A stretch of DNA of 53,361 nt from a virus, in IMG/VR virus record IMGVR_UViG_3300027887_000002; one strand, written 5' to 3'. Position 1 is the first letter of the stretch. The number at the start of each line of letters is the position of its first letter. A model generated the notes under the pieces. It worked only from the letters and a program-made list of their open reading frames with translations. It ran no database searches and had not been told where the DNA came from. Shown one piece after another: positions 1 to 8,659 of this stretch. The position numbers and the translations under genes were made by a program.

Positions 1-99
1 TCGTAAAATGAAAATCCTGGGCATGACAATTGAGACAAAAGTGACATTGGGACAGGTTGTGTCGGTAGTAATCTTTGTACTGGGTATTACATACCTGGC
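1..99. repeat. terminal overlap copy 1 (identical to 53263-53361)
   Basis: Bases 1-99 (tcgtaaaatgaaaatcctggg...atacctggc) recur exactly at the 3' end of the window. This implies a closed unit of about 53,262 bp. Confidence 0.95.
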
Positions 100-358
100 C
101 GGGCAGATGTCAACCAAATTGTCAGCCATGGAGACGGACGTCAAGAGTTTAAAGGACTCGTCTGTTACCCAGGAGCAATTGAAAGCAAGTATCGAAAGCA
201 TAGACAAGAACATCAGTGTCATTACTCAATTGGTAATTACCCATGTCGCGAACCTTACAACTCTTGCACCCCAAGCTTCAAGAGTTGGCTCTTCAGTTAA
301 GAGTCGACAGTTTGGGAGCCGGAATACCGATAGTCTTCACACAAACATTCCGCACTAA
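8..358 (+). CDS. small type-II membrane / coiled-coil protein of the lysis cassette (holin- or i-spanin-like)
   Basis: N-terminal hydrophobic helix VVSVVIFVLGITYLAG, then a helical charged region (KLSAMETDVKSLKDSS). Its ATG overlaps the stop of ORF 52746-53273 (ATGA) across the junction. The last 116 nt overlap the endolysin ORF in another frame. Confidence 0.45.
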   Translation: MKILGMTIETKVTLGQVVSVVIFVLGITYLAGQMSTKLSAMETDVKSLKDSSVTQEQLKASIESIDKNISVITQLVITHVANLTTLAPQASRVGSSVKSRQFGSRNTDSLHTNIPH

Positions 359-743
359 AGAGGAGCAGGACGCCCTTTATGACCAAGGACGTACTATTTC
401 TGGTCCACCTTGTTGGCATCATGGCCGGAGTATCGGTGTGGGCAATTGCAAAATACATCCGAAAGGGTGTCGCATTACCAATGCCCGTGGCGGTTATAGT
501 TACCATAATTACGGTCTGGCTTTTGACGTTGCTGTTCTCGACAGAGGCACACTAAGTTGGATTGACGGAGTTGACGTCAACGACAACGACATTTCTGACT
601 ACGAGGAGATAGGCAATCTCGGGGAGCGGCTTGGTCTGGAATGGGGTGGACGGTGGAAGTTTGCAGACATGCCGCATTTTCAACTCAGTTTTGGATTGAC
701 AATCAATGACCTCCTTGCCGGAAAAAAGCCTCCGAGCAGTTGA
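243..743 (+). CDS. endolysin, peptidase M15 (VanY / L-Ala-D-Glu peptidase-like zinc amidase)
   Basis: LHPKLQELA..., TKEEQDALYDQGRT, SYHNYGLAFD and DMPHFQ motifs. The H-x6-D ... H pattern matches the zinc ligands of the M15 cell-wall peptidase family. Confidence 0.85.
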   Translation: MSRTLQLLHPKLQELALQLRVDSLGAGIPIVFTQTFRTKEEQDALYDQGRTISGPPCWHHGRSIGVGNCKIHPKGCRITNARGGYSYHNYGLAFDVAVLDRGTLSWIDGVDVNDNDISDYEEIGNLGERLGLEWGGRWKFADMPHFQLSFGLTINDLLAGKKPPSS

Positions 744-1662
744 ACGTACCGAAATAGATTTCGAAGACGACGCCGACAAAGTAATAGATCGTGTTTTTGC
801 CGATGAGGGCGCCCGTCAGGACACACTTTCTCTCGAGGAGAAGAGAATTGTCATTAAGGAGCTCGCGCTCCAGGCTTCCCAAAAGGAAGTCGTAGGTAAA
901 CTCAATGAATACCGTGGGGCGCGGCTCCTCCCCTTGATCCAAGAGAAGTTCGACATTACGCACTACAAACAGCGATACCCGACACTCATTGACGATGTCG
1001 CATTGCTGTACGCTAAGAATCTCGCAAGGAAGTTCCGCTTCGCAGACCGTCTTTTTAGGGTAGCGAAGCTCTCGGCTCTCTGTGAACACCTCAATACTCG
1101 TATTGAAGCGAGGAAAGAGGCGGCAGAGGACCTCAAGCTGGATCGACACGAAGAGAGAGCCCACAATGACACTATCAAACTCCTCTCCCAGCTTACGGAC
1201 GAGATAGACACTCAGATGGGCAAGATCCGCCTTACCCAGATTGACATTAACGTCAATGACGGCGAGAAAAAGCCCATGATAACCAACGCCAACGACGTTA
1301 AAGAAATGGTGGCGCAGTTTCTAAAGCGTAGCGTCGGTAGTCTGAACTCTATCGTAGATGCGAATTTCTCGGAAGTCACCGATTATGAAAAGTGTGGCTG
1401 GGGAGAAGAGTGGACCTCCACTCATTATTGCCGTTATCATGGTGAAGAATGTAAAGTAAAGACTGGGGCTATTCAACTTTGCCCCTATTTTCTTAATAAG
1501 GGGTGCGTAACCTCGAAAGAATGGCTCCAGAAGGGTTACGTCGACTCGAAACTCTCAGTAAAGGAACTAGCGGAATTAGCTGGTTGCAAAGAGGTATCAC
1601 AAAAGGTCGTAGAGTATGTCAGAGGTAAACTCCACGAGCACGGAGTTGAACGAGCTTCCTGA
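706..1662 (+). CDS. putative small terminase / DNA-recognition subunit
   Basis: Lies directly upstream of terL and overlaps it. Helical charged centre, Cys/His-rich C-terminal segment (CGW..HYCRYHGEEC..C..C) and an HTH-like LSVKELAELAGCKEVSQKVVEYV. Function is inferred from position only. Confidence 0.4.
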   Translation: MTSLPEKSLRAVERTEIDFEDDADKVIDRVFADEGARQDTLSLEEKRIVIKELALQASQKEVVGKLNEYRGARLLPLIQEKFDITHYKQRYPTLIDDVALLYAKNLARKFRFADRLFRVAKLSALCEHLNTRIEARKEAAEDLKLDRHEERAHNDTIKLLSQLTDEIDTQMGKIRLTQIDINVNDGEKKPMITNANDVKEMVAQFLKRSVGSLNSIVDANFSEVTDYEKCGWGEEWTSTHYCRYHGEECKVKTGAIQLCPYFLNKGCVTSKEWLQKGYVDSKLSVKELAELAGCKEVSQKVVEYVRGKLHEHGVERAS

Positions 1663-3265
1663 AGAGGTCTTTCTTCAGTCTTTCGTTCTCTTTTTGCTGG
1701 CTAAATGGAAGATATCCTCTGGGGAGGGGAAGGGTGAGGCGTATCGTTTTGATGAGCGTCCATTCCTCTACACGATAGCGACCGACGACTTTTGGAAGAA
1801 GGTCGTCATTAAGTCCGCCCAGTGCGGCATAACCGAGCTTGAGATAGCTGAGGCCATTTTCTTGGCCCTTTCCCGCAAGGGAAATGTGTTATACGCATTC
1901 CCGGCCCTTCAGCAGTTGAGACAGATGGTAGGGGCAAGAGTAAGGCCCGCTATAGAGGATAATCCTTATCTCTACGCTAAGGTCTCGGGGATGCTTAACC
2001 TCGAAGCCATTCAGATGTCCGGAAATACCCTGTATTTCACCGGGGTTCAGAATCGCCGCCAGATGATCTCCAAAGACGTCTCGGCGCTGTTCATTGACGA
2101 GCTAGACACGGCAGTCCTGGAGGCAAGTGAAAACCACTTTGGAAACGTCGTTTACACGCTGGAAAAGCGCCTTGGGGCCGCGAGTAAACCCATCATTCGC
2201 TATTACTCTACTCCAAGCTATGCAGGGATGGGAATATCAGCAGAATTTGCTGGTGATGACTCGAATCTGGGCTCGGATCAACGAGAGTGGATTGTCAAAT
2301 GCTCGTATTGCTATAAGGAACAGGAAATAACGTGGGAAGAGAACGTAATAGACAGGAATTTTCAACTAGCGGGAGATTCCCGTTACGTGCCCGACGTCCA
2401 TCGGGTATGTACGAAGTGCCGTCGAGACCTTACGGTGGAGGCGATTGTCGGTGGCCGCTACGTGGCCAAGAAGCCGAGTATTTCGCATCTCTGTCATGGA
2501 TACCACGTATCCAAGCTCTTCACGGCAAAGCCGCCGCTAAACCAGATGTGGCTCGATTCCCAAAACCCACTAAGAGAGCAGGAGTTTCGGTGCTCGGATC
2601 TAGGTTCGCCCTTTGAGCCCAAGGGAAGCAAGTTAACGGACGAAATACTCGATATGGCCGTGGCAAATTCTAACCACGCCATGTTGACCCAGTCTTCAGA
2701 TCAAACATACATGGGAGTCGACCTTGGCAAGAACCACAACGTCATTATAGGTCAAGAGACTCCAGAAAAGAAGATAAAGCTTCTTTATGCCGGGGAAGCT
2801 GAAGATCTGAACGCTGTAGACGCTTTGATGAAGAGATTCAATGTGGGGTTCGGTATTATGGACGCCCAGCCTGAGCACTTGAAGGCCAAAGACTTCTGTA
2901 GTGCTCACCCGGGCAGGATGATGGCGGCCTATTACCCCACGTATCTTGAGAACACGAAAGACATAGCCAAAGACAAAGACGACATGATTATCCATGTCAA
3001 TCGTAGTCTGGTTATGAGTATGGTGATTCAAGCATTTTTCAATGGCAAGATCCTTCTCCCTAAAGATATCCGCTCGGTGAAGGATTTTTACAAACAGATG
3101 AAGTCTCCGGTCAAGGCCACCCAGGAAGATACCAATGGGAACCTCCGGACGTTCTTCCCGCCCACTAAGATGGCGGATCACTATTTTCACGCATTTGTTT
3201 ATTTGATGATAGCCCTGGAAAAGCGTCCCCGGAGCGTCATCTTCATCCCGAAAGGTATCTGGTGA
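1616..3265 (+). CDS. terL: terminase large subunit, GpA (lambda)-like
   Basis: Walker A-like VVIKSAQCGITE, Walker B ALFIDELD, internal zinc ribbon CSYCYKE...CTKCRRD, and a C-terminal nuclease-like region with acidic motifs (GVDLG, IMDAQPE). 549 aa. Confidence 0.85.
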   Translation: MSEVNSTSTELNELPEEVFLQSFVLFLLAKWKISSGEGKGEAYRFDERPFLYTIATDDFWKKVVIKSAQCGITELEIAEAIFLALSRKGNVLYAFPALQQLRQMVGARVRPAIEDNPYLYAKVSGMLNLEAIQMSGNTLYFTGVQNRRQMISKDVSALFIDELDTAVLEASENHFGNVVYTLEKRLGAASKPIIRYYSTPSYAGMGISAEFAGDDSNLGSDQREWIVKCSYCYKEQEITWEENVIDRNFQLAGDSRYVPDVHRVCTKCRRDLTVEAIVGGRYVAKKPSISHLCHGYHVSKLFTAKPPLNQMWLDSQNPLREQEFRCSDLGSPFEPKGSKLTDEILDMAVANSNHAMLTQSSDQTYMGVDLGKNHNVIIGQETPEKKIKLLYAGEAEDLNAVDALMKRFNVGFGIMDAQPEHLKAKDFCSAHPGRMMAAYYPTYLENTKDIAKDKDDMIIHVNRSLVMSMVIQAFFNGKILLPKDIRSVKDFYKQMKSPVKATQEDTNGNLRTFFPPTKMADHYFHAFVYLMIALEKRPRSVIFIPKGIW

Positions 3266-4857
3266 TGGACTACAAGACCATCCTCGTCGACATTCAGAGC
3301 TATTACTCCACCCGGAAAATGAACATCCTGAAGCTCTGGGATTTCTATATGGGGGACAACCAGAGATTCTATATTGGGAAGTTCAAAGGCGAGGACCCTA
3401 ACGACTTCACTGAGAGGGTCGGGAACGCCAGCGTAGAAAATCATTGTGCCAAGACCTGTGACACCATCGTCGGATATCTCTACGGGAATCCGGAGAGCTC
3501 TGGTAGAGTCAAGGTGACCATCCGGAACAGGAAAGACAAGAAGATCAACGAGGAGGCTATGGAGTTTCTCTCTGAAAACGTCTGGCGACACAATGCCATT
3601 GACGCATTCAGGGTAAACGTGGGTCTGATGAGTTCTATTACCGGGATAGGGGTGGTCTTTAAGGTCTTTGTTGACTCCAGGACCTCACTTCCTTTTGGCG
3701 TCTTTGCTACGGCTGAGGAAAAGAAGGAATTCGGTACGATCAGGTACGATCTATGGGAATCTGCTGACACGATCGCTGTTCCACTGGTAGATTCTCAGGG
3801 AAATGCGCATTCCGGAGTCCTAGGGGCTATCGTGCGGATCACCCAGCCGGATGCCAAGAGACTTATGGAGTCTCCGGTAGGACGGGTGGTAAACCTGATG
3901 AACACGAAGTATCGGGCAGATTATTTCGATTCCGAACAGTATGTCATAGCTGACGTCGACAGAAGTTCTATTCAGCAAGAGACCATCAAGTCTATTCCGA
4001 ATCCTTACAAGAGTCTCCATATCCCGTTTACCCTCTTCAGGAACTACGGGAATCCCATGGGTCTTGAGGGATATTCGGATATCGACCAGATGGTGAGCCT
4101 CCAGACGGATCTGAACGAGCTCTCTACTGACGATAAGACCTGCATAGACTACCACTCATTCCCACTTCTCAAACTTACAAAAGGGGCCAAACTTCCACCC
4201 AACTTTGTGCGAAAAGCAAATTCGGCATTGGAGATGGACGGGGACCAGGATGCGGACTATTTGACTTGGGACAATGTCTTGGAGGCTTCCCAGAAGAAAC
4301 AGGACTCAATCCGCAAGCAGATGACTGTAGTGTCGGGTGTCTCTCAGCTCTCGCGCGGAAACGCTGATAGTGTTGGACAGGTCAAGGGAGCTACAGCCCT
4401 CAAGACACTCTTCCAGGCTGACATCCTCGAAATCGGGCTAAAAATCCCATTCTTCCGTACCGCAGAGGAAAGACTTGCCGAGTCGACACTCAAGATGTGG
4501 GAAATGGAGACCGGAACCACTTTCGGAGATGTCTACGCGGAATGTGAATTCCCGGCAGATTTCATCGGAATCGACAAACTGTTGGCCGCTCAGACGGATC
4601 AGATCGAAGTAACGTCCGGAATCGCCTCTATTCGCGAAAAGATTGCGGCGAGACATCCCGATATCACTTCAGAAGCAGAACTCGACGCTCTCGTACAGTT
4701 GGTATATGACGAGGCCGCAGAGATGGCCGAGGCTAAGGCCGGACCACAACTTGCGGTTGCCAAGATGCAACAGGATACCATGATAAAGACCACCGAAATG
4801 AACGCTAGTGCAAAACCGCAGAACCCGGCTCAAAAGAGCGCAGAACAAAACAAGTGA
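3262..4857 (+). CDS. portal protein
   Basis: 531 aa. ATG overlaps the terL stop (ATGA). The N-terminal LWDFYMGDNQ pattern resembles SPP1 gp6-type portals. Position is between terminase and scaffold. Confidence 0.7.
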   Translation: MMDYKTILVDIQSYYSTRKMNILKLWDFYMGDNQRFYIGKFKGEDPNDFTERVGNASVENHCAKTCDTIVGYLYGNPESSGRVKVTIRNRKDKKINEEAMEFLSENVWRHNAIDAFRVNVGLMSSITGIGVVFKVFVDSRTSLPFGVFATAEEKKEFGTIRYDLWESADTIAVPLVDSQGNAHSGVLGAIVRITQPDAKRLMESPVGRVVNLMNTKYRADYFDSEQYVIADVDRSSIQQETIKSIPNPYKSLHIPFTLFRNYGNPMGLEGYSDIDQMVSLQTDLNELSTDDKTCIDYHSFPLLKLTKGAKLPPNFVRKANSALEMDGDQDADYLTWDNVLEASQKKQDSIRKQMTVVSGVSQLSRGNADSVGQVKGATALKTLFQADILEIGLKIPFFRTAEERLAESTLKMWEMETGTTFGDVYAECEFPADFIGIDKLLAAQTDQIEVTSGIASIREKIAARHPDITSEAELDALVQLVYDEAAEMAEAKAGPQLAVAKMQQDTMIKTTEMNASAKPQNPAQKSAEQNK

Positions 4858-4889
4858 CACGATTTGCGCACGACTAGCCGATATATTAC
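4855..4889 (+). promoter_or_regulatory. late promoter-like tripartite motif, copy A (TGACAC-N7-GCACGAC-N7-TATATTAC)
   Basis: TGACAC 4855-4860 contains the portal stop codon. GCACGAC is at 4868-4874 and TATATT at 4882-4887. Spacing is the same as in copies at 11392 and 52459. It sits 23 nt upstream of the csp ATG. Confidence 0.55.
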
Positions 4890-4911
4890 CAGCCACTGAA
4901 AAGGATTTTCC

Positions 4912-5184
4912 ATGAGTCAGGAAGTCGCAGGGACATGCAAATGGTTTGACGAGGCTAAGGGCTACGGATTCCTTACCTCGGATTCGGTTATTGATGAAAA
5001 CGGTGTAAGAAAAGACATCTTCATACACTATAAACACATCGTCGCACCCGGCTACCGGAAGCTTGTGCGCGGTGAACTGGTAACATTTAAGCCCGTGAAG
5101 ACCGATAAGGGAGTCATGGCGACGGAAGTAAAAACTGGTGATAAACCACAAGAAGGGGTAATTAGTCATGCCGAAATTCGGTGA
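4912..5184 (+). CDS. cold-shock domain protein (CspA family)
   Basis: GTCKWFDEAKGYGFL (RNP1-like KGYGF) and DIFIHY (RNP2-like). Core size about 70 aa plus a short C-terminal tail. Confidence 0.9.
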   Translation: MSQEVAGTCKWFDEAKGYGFLTSDSVIDENGVRKDIFIHYKHIVAPGYRKLVRGELVTFKPVKTDKGVMATEVKTGDKPQEGVISHAEIR

Positions 5185-5806
5185 CGCAGAAGTATCTGAA
5201 GAAACAATGCTTGATTATTTCCGTTCTCGCGGAAAGCGTGTTGTAACGGAAGAGGACTACGAGAAGAAAGCCTCCGCCGCAAATGACCTTGCCAAGCTTC
5301 GCAATCTGAGCGGGGACAATCGCTCGATGGACGAACTTGCCGGAGTGATAAAAGGTCAAAAAGATCTTGAAGGAAAAGTCGCCGAGAAAGACGCGGCGCT
5401 AGCCAAGTTGACGAAAGAAGTAAAGATCAACCACGTAAATACTTACGTGAAAGCGGCTACGGGGGCCCTGGGCGTGAAGATTGCCGACCAGTTCCTGAGC
5501 CCCCTGTTGAATGAGCTGTACGACATCGACCCAGCAGTTGTGGGTAAAGAAACTTACGACGCCAAGGTGAAAGAAGTTGTCGCCAAGGCAAACGAGGTGC
5601 AGATCAAGACCCTTACCGAACTTGGGTTCGCCCCCGGTAGTGGTCCTGTGACACCTTCGTTTGGTAGTGGAGGCCGTGTGCCGGAGGGTGATACTGGTAA
5701 TGCTATGAACGATATGGCTAAACTTTTACAAAATACCGCCGCCTCCAATAAGGGTCCGGCCATAGGGCCGATAGTTCCCGACTGGATGCGACAGGCAAAG
5801 CAGTAA
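5168..5806 (+). CDS. scaffolding protein (putative)
   Basis: 212 aa, strongly charged and helical (KDLEGKVAEKDAALAKLTKEVK). Located between the portal and capsid genes. Confidence 0.55.
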   Translation: MPKFGDAEVSEETMLDYFRSRGKRVVTEEDYEKKASAANDLAKLRNLSGDNRSMDELAGVIKGQKDLEGKVAEKDAALAKLTKEVKINHVNTYVKAATGALGVKIADQFLSPLLNELYDIDPAVVGKETYDAKVKEVVAKANEVQIKTLTELGFAPGSGPVTPSFGSGGRVPEGDTGNAMNDMAKLLQNTAASNKGPAIGPIVPDWMRQAKQ

Positions 5807-5829
5807 ACCTTCCGAAAAGAGAATAAACA

Positions 5830-6786
5830 ATGGCCTTCCCGTTTGATGGAGGTTATGGCGACGCTTTTGCGGTAAACAAATCGCAAATGGCGGGTCAGAA
5901 CCAAGTTCTGACACAGTGGAGCGGAGAAGTTCTTCGCCTCACGCAGGATTCACTTGTATTCCCCCGGTTCTTTGACCTTGCGCCTCCTGGCATCACGATG
6001 GGACTAGGCAAGGGAGACACCTGGCGCGCACCTATTTTCCTCTGGAATGAGACTACGGCGGCTACCACGGCGCTGACAAGCGGCACCACTATTCCCCTCA
6101 TTACACAGGCAACATTGAACATCTCGGGTACCATCGACGAGTATGGTCGTGGTATCGCCGCAGAGAATGTTCTTGAATACTATGTGAAGTTCGGTGTGCA
6201 GGGCGAACTTCTCCAGACTTTGGCCAACAACAGGGCCCTTGTTCTGAATGAACTCTGCCGTGGAATCATCCACAACACCAAGCACGTTGCAATCCTTGGG
6301 ACCAATGGTACGATTTATCGGCAACTTGGAGCGGCTTCCGCCACCCTTGCCAATGGTACCATCACGACCACGCAAGTCAACCAGCTCTACGACTCGCTGA
6401 AGGCGGCTAGGGTTCCTCGGTGGGGCAACGGGCTCTACGTCTGGATCGGGAATGCGGCACAACTGCGTCCCCTGAAGGACTCTGGTGTGTTCCAGAACTA
6501 TTCGCTGTACAATGCTCCGATGGCGGGTTATGTGTATCAGACCATCGGCAACTTCGGCGGGTTCACGTTCATCGAAACCGAGGAAGGCATGAATGCGACG
6601 ACCTCGTACATTCTTGCCCCCAACGTAGCGGCTCAGGCTTATGCCAAACCCATCAGCCTGTACTACTACCCCGATTTCAACTCGGATGCCGGACGGTTGA
6701 ACGTGTTCAAGTGGCACATGCTGGCTGGGTTCGCCCCCATCTTGCGTGATTATGGAACTCGTGCGATTCGTCTCATCACGACCTAA
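5830..6786 (+). CDS. major capsid protein (putative)
   Basis: 318 aa ORF immediately after the scaffold gene and followed by a GC hairpin. Assigned from order and size only. Confidence 0.65.
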   Translation: MAFPFDGGYGDAFAVNKSQMAGQNQVLTQWSGEVLRLTQDSLVFPRFFDLAPPGITMGLGKGDTWRAPIFLWNETTAATTALTSGTTIPLITQATLNISGTIDEYGRGIAAENVLEYYVKFGVQGELLQTLANNRALVLNELCRGIIHNTKHVAILGTNGTIYRQLGAASATLANGTITTTQVNQLYDSLKAARVPRWGNGLYVWIGNAAQLRPLKDSGVFQNYSLYNAPMAGYVYQTIGNFGGFTFIETEEGMNATTSYILAPNVAAQAYAKPISLYYYPDFNSDAGRLNVFKWHMLAGFAPILRDYGTRAIRLITT

Positions 6787-6806
6787 ATTGAAGTAAGTCA
6801 ACGTAC

Positions 6807-6841
6807 GGGGGCGGGGTGGGTATATCCTATCTCGCGCCCCC
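6807..6841 (+). terminator. GC-rich stem-loop after the capsid gene (possible attenuator; no U-tract)
   Basis: GGGGGCG (6807-6813) pairs with CGCCCCC (6835-6841) around a 21-nt loop. It lies 20 nt after the capsid stop and before the first glycosyltransferase ATG. Confidence 0.3.
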
Positions 6842-6866
6842 TGCGTTGCTAATACGGGAATTACAT

Positions 6867-7484
6867 ATGAAAATCTCACTCGTGTGCGTTTCAGATTGCC
6901 GGAATATGGCTAATCTGGAGCGCATGGTTGTTTCTGCTCGCCCCATCATCTCTGACGCTGTTCTGGTCGCCCAGACCAAAGACGCGAATACTTTTCGCGA
7001 AGCGTCAAAGCTATTTGATTTCTCCATCCAAACCCTCCCAAAGGGAAACGCTGACCCCGACAGAGACTACGCCTATTCGTTAGCCTCTGGAGATTGGATT
7101 CTCTCTCTCGACGACGACGAATATCTCACCGACGAATGCAAAGACTATATCGGCCGCATCGTTCATTCTAAGGCTGACGTCGTATGGTTCGACTTCAAGA
7201 ATCTGGTCGATAAAGTTGACATCAAGGATATTCTCGGTCCCGACCCACATCCCAGGCTCTGGAGGAAAATCCCCGGATTGATTTCCTGGCCTCCGCAGGC
7301 GCATACATTCCCGCAGATTGCCTCCCCTAAACAGGTGTTTACCCGCACACAGATAGTTCACGACAGGGAGTACAAAGACCTCGAAGAGCGTCATAAGATA
7401 AGGGGTGCGTACATTGATCCCCAGATGCAAGAGGTTGAACAGAGATTTTTGGCGGCGGTTAAACAGAGACTAGGGAAACAATGA
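6867..7484 (+). CDS. glycosyltransferase family 2-like (GT-A)
   Basis: MKISLVCVSDC start and a DxD-type motif in SLDDDEYL. I chose ATG 6867 (downstream of the hairpin) over the ORF-track start at 6816. Confidence 0.6.
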   Translation: MKISLVCVSDCRNMANLERMVVSARPIISDAVLVAQTKDANTFREASKLFDFSIQTLPKGNADPDRDYAYSLASGDWILSLDDDEYLTDECKDYIGRIVHSKADVVWFDFKNLVDKVDIKDILGPDPHPRLWRKIPGLISWPPQAHTFPQIASPKQVFTRTQIVHDREYKDLEERHKIRGAYIDPQMQEVEQRFLAAVKQRLGKQ

Positions 7485-8659
7485 AAAAAGCAATCCTTTT
7501 TCGTATGGGAGGAATGGGTGATATCCTCATCTGTACGATAGTTCCTAAACAACTCCGCAAGATGGGGTACGATGTCGTTGACGCCTGTTTTGGCAGTCCC
7601 TCTTGTAACGTGAAAGAACTTCTAAAGGGAGTAAACCCCTTTGACAACGTATTTGAGTATACTCGTTCCTTTACAGGAGTTGACTGTTACAAAACGCCTG
7701 AAGGGGATGACGCCTCGATCGAACTCCTCAAACAGGGTTACGATCTGGTCGTTGATTACAAATACTCTATTGAGCTCAACAGCCACTACAAGGACTTGGC
7801 TAATGCTCCCGGAAGAGAATGGTTCGTTAGTCAGAACTCAAACTTCCAGAATTGGGCAGACGTCATGCTTTCGTGGGCTGGGGTTGACCCAACGACGGTA
7901 TCCGACGAGGAGAAGATCCCCCTTTACGAGGCGACTCCTGATGAGCTTGACTGGGCGGCGAAAGTAGCTGGTGCCTCGGCCACAAGTAAAGAAATCATCA
8001 TATCTATCCAGACCAATGCGTCGTCTTTGGTCAGGACGTTCTATTATCCATTAAGACTTCCGGACGCCATTAAGATGGCGTACCCTGGAAAACCATTCAC
8101 ATTTCTCCTGTTTGACGGAGTCAACTGGTTAAAGATCAAAGATGACAAACGATTTCCGATTCTCTTTCCCGAAGGACTCGATAAAATTAGATACAGTGCC
8201 GCCCTTCTGGGTGTTAGTGACCTGTTTATTGGTGCTGATAGTGGGTTCTCCCATATTGCTGAAACACTTCATCGTAAGTCTATCACGATCTATACGACGG
8301 TTCCTTCGTGGACACGGATGAAGTATTATAAATACTCCACGGCTATTGAGCCAATCGGACATGAGTTCAACGGTGTAAAGTGCCATCCGTGTTTTGTTCT
8401 CGACCGTTGGTGCCCCAGGATTCGGGAGAAAGCCCTCGCCGAAAGGACCGAAAGGGAGGTCAAGCTTGCGGAATGCGTCATTGCTAACCGGAACCCGGTA
8501 GAGGTAGCGGAGGAGTTCGGTACCACTCCACAAGGCATCTTAATGGAGGCAGAGATGGCCGCCAAGCGCATCGAAGCCCTCTTTGAGAGGCAGAGTCCAT
8601 GTTCTGAGACGATCACCCCTGAACGCATCGTAGACAAGGTTAGGAGTATTTTAGGATGA
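7481..8659 (+). CDS. glycosyltransferase family 9-like (heptosyltransferase fold)
   Basis: N-terminal ILFRMGGMGDILICT and C-terminal GADSGFSHIAE resemble ADP-heptose:LPS heptosyltransferase motifs. ATGA-coupled to the upstream gene. Confidence 0.6.
   Translation: MKKAILFRMGGMGDILICTIVPKQLRKMGYDVVDACFGSPSCNVKELLKGVNPFDNVFEYTRSFTGVDCYKTPEGDDASIELLKQGYDLVVDYKYSIELNSHYKDLANAPGREWFVSQNSNFQNWADVMLSWAGVDPTTVSDEEKIPLYEATPDELDWAAKVAGASATSKEIIISIQTNASSLVRTFYYPLRLPDAIKMAYPGKPFTFLLFDGVNWLKIKDDKRFPILFPEGLDKIRYSAALLGVSDLFIGADSGFSHIAETLHRKSITIYTTVPSWTRMKYYKYSTAIEPIGHEFNGVKCHPCFVLDRWCPRIREKALAERTEREVKLAECVIANRNPVEVAEEFGTTPQGILMEAEMAAKRIEALFERQSPCSETITPERIVDKVRSILG

Noticed and set aside
6004-6879. 291-aa minus-strand ORF
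   Set aside because: It is antisense to the major capsid gene. It is Arg/Gly/Pro-rich, has a shadow-frame composition, and has no coupling to neighbours.
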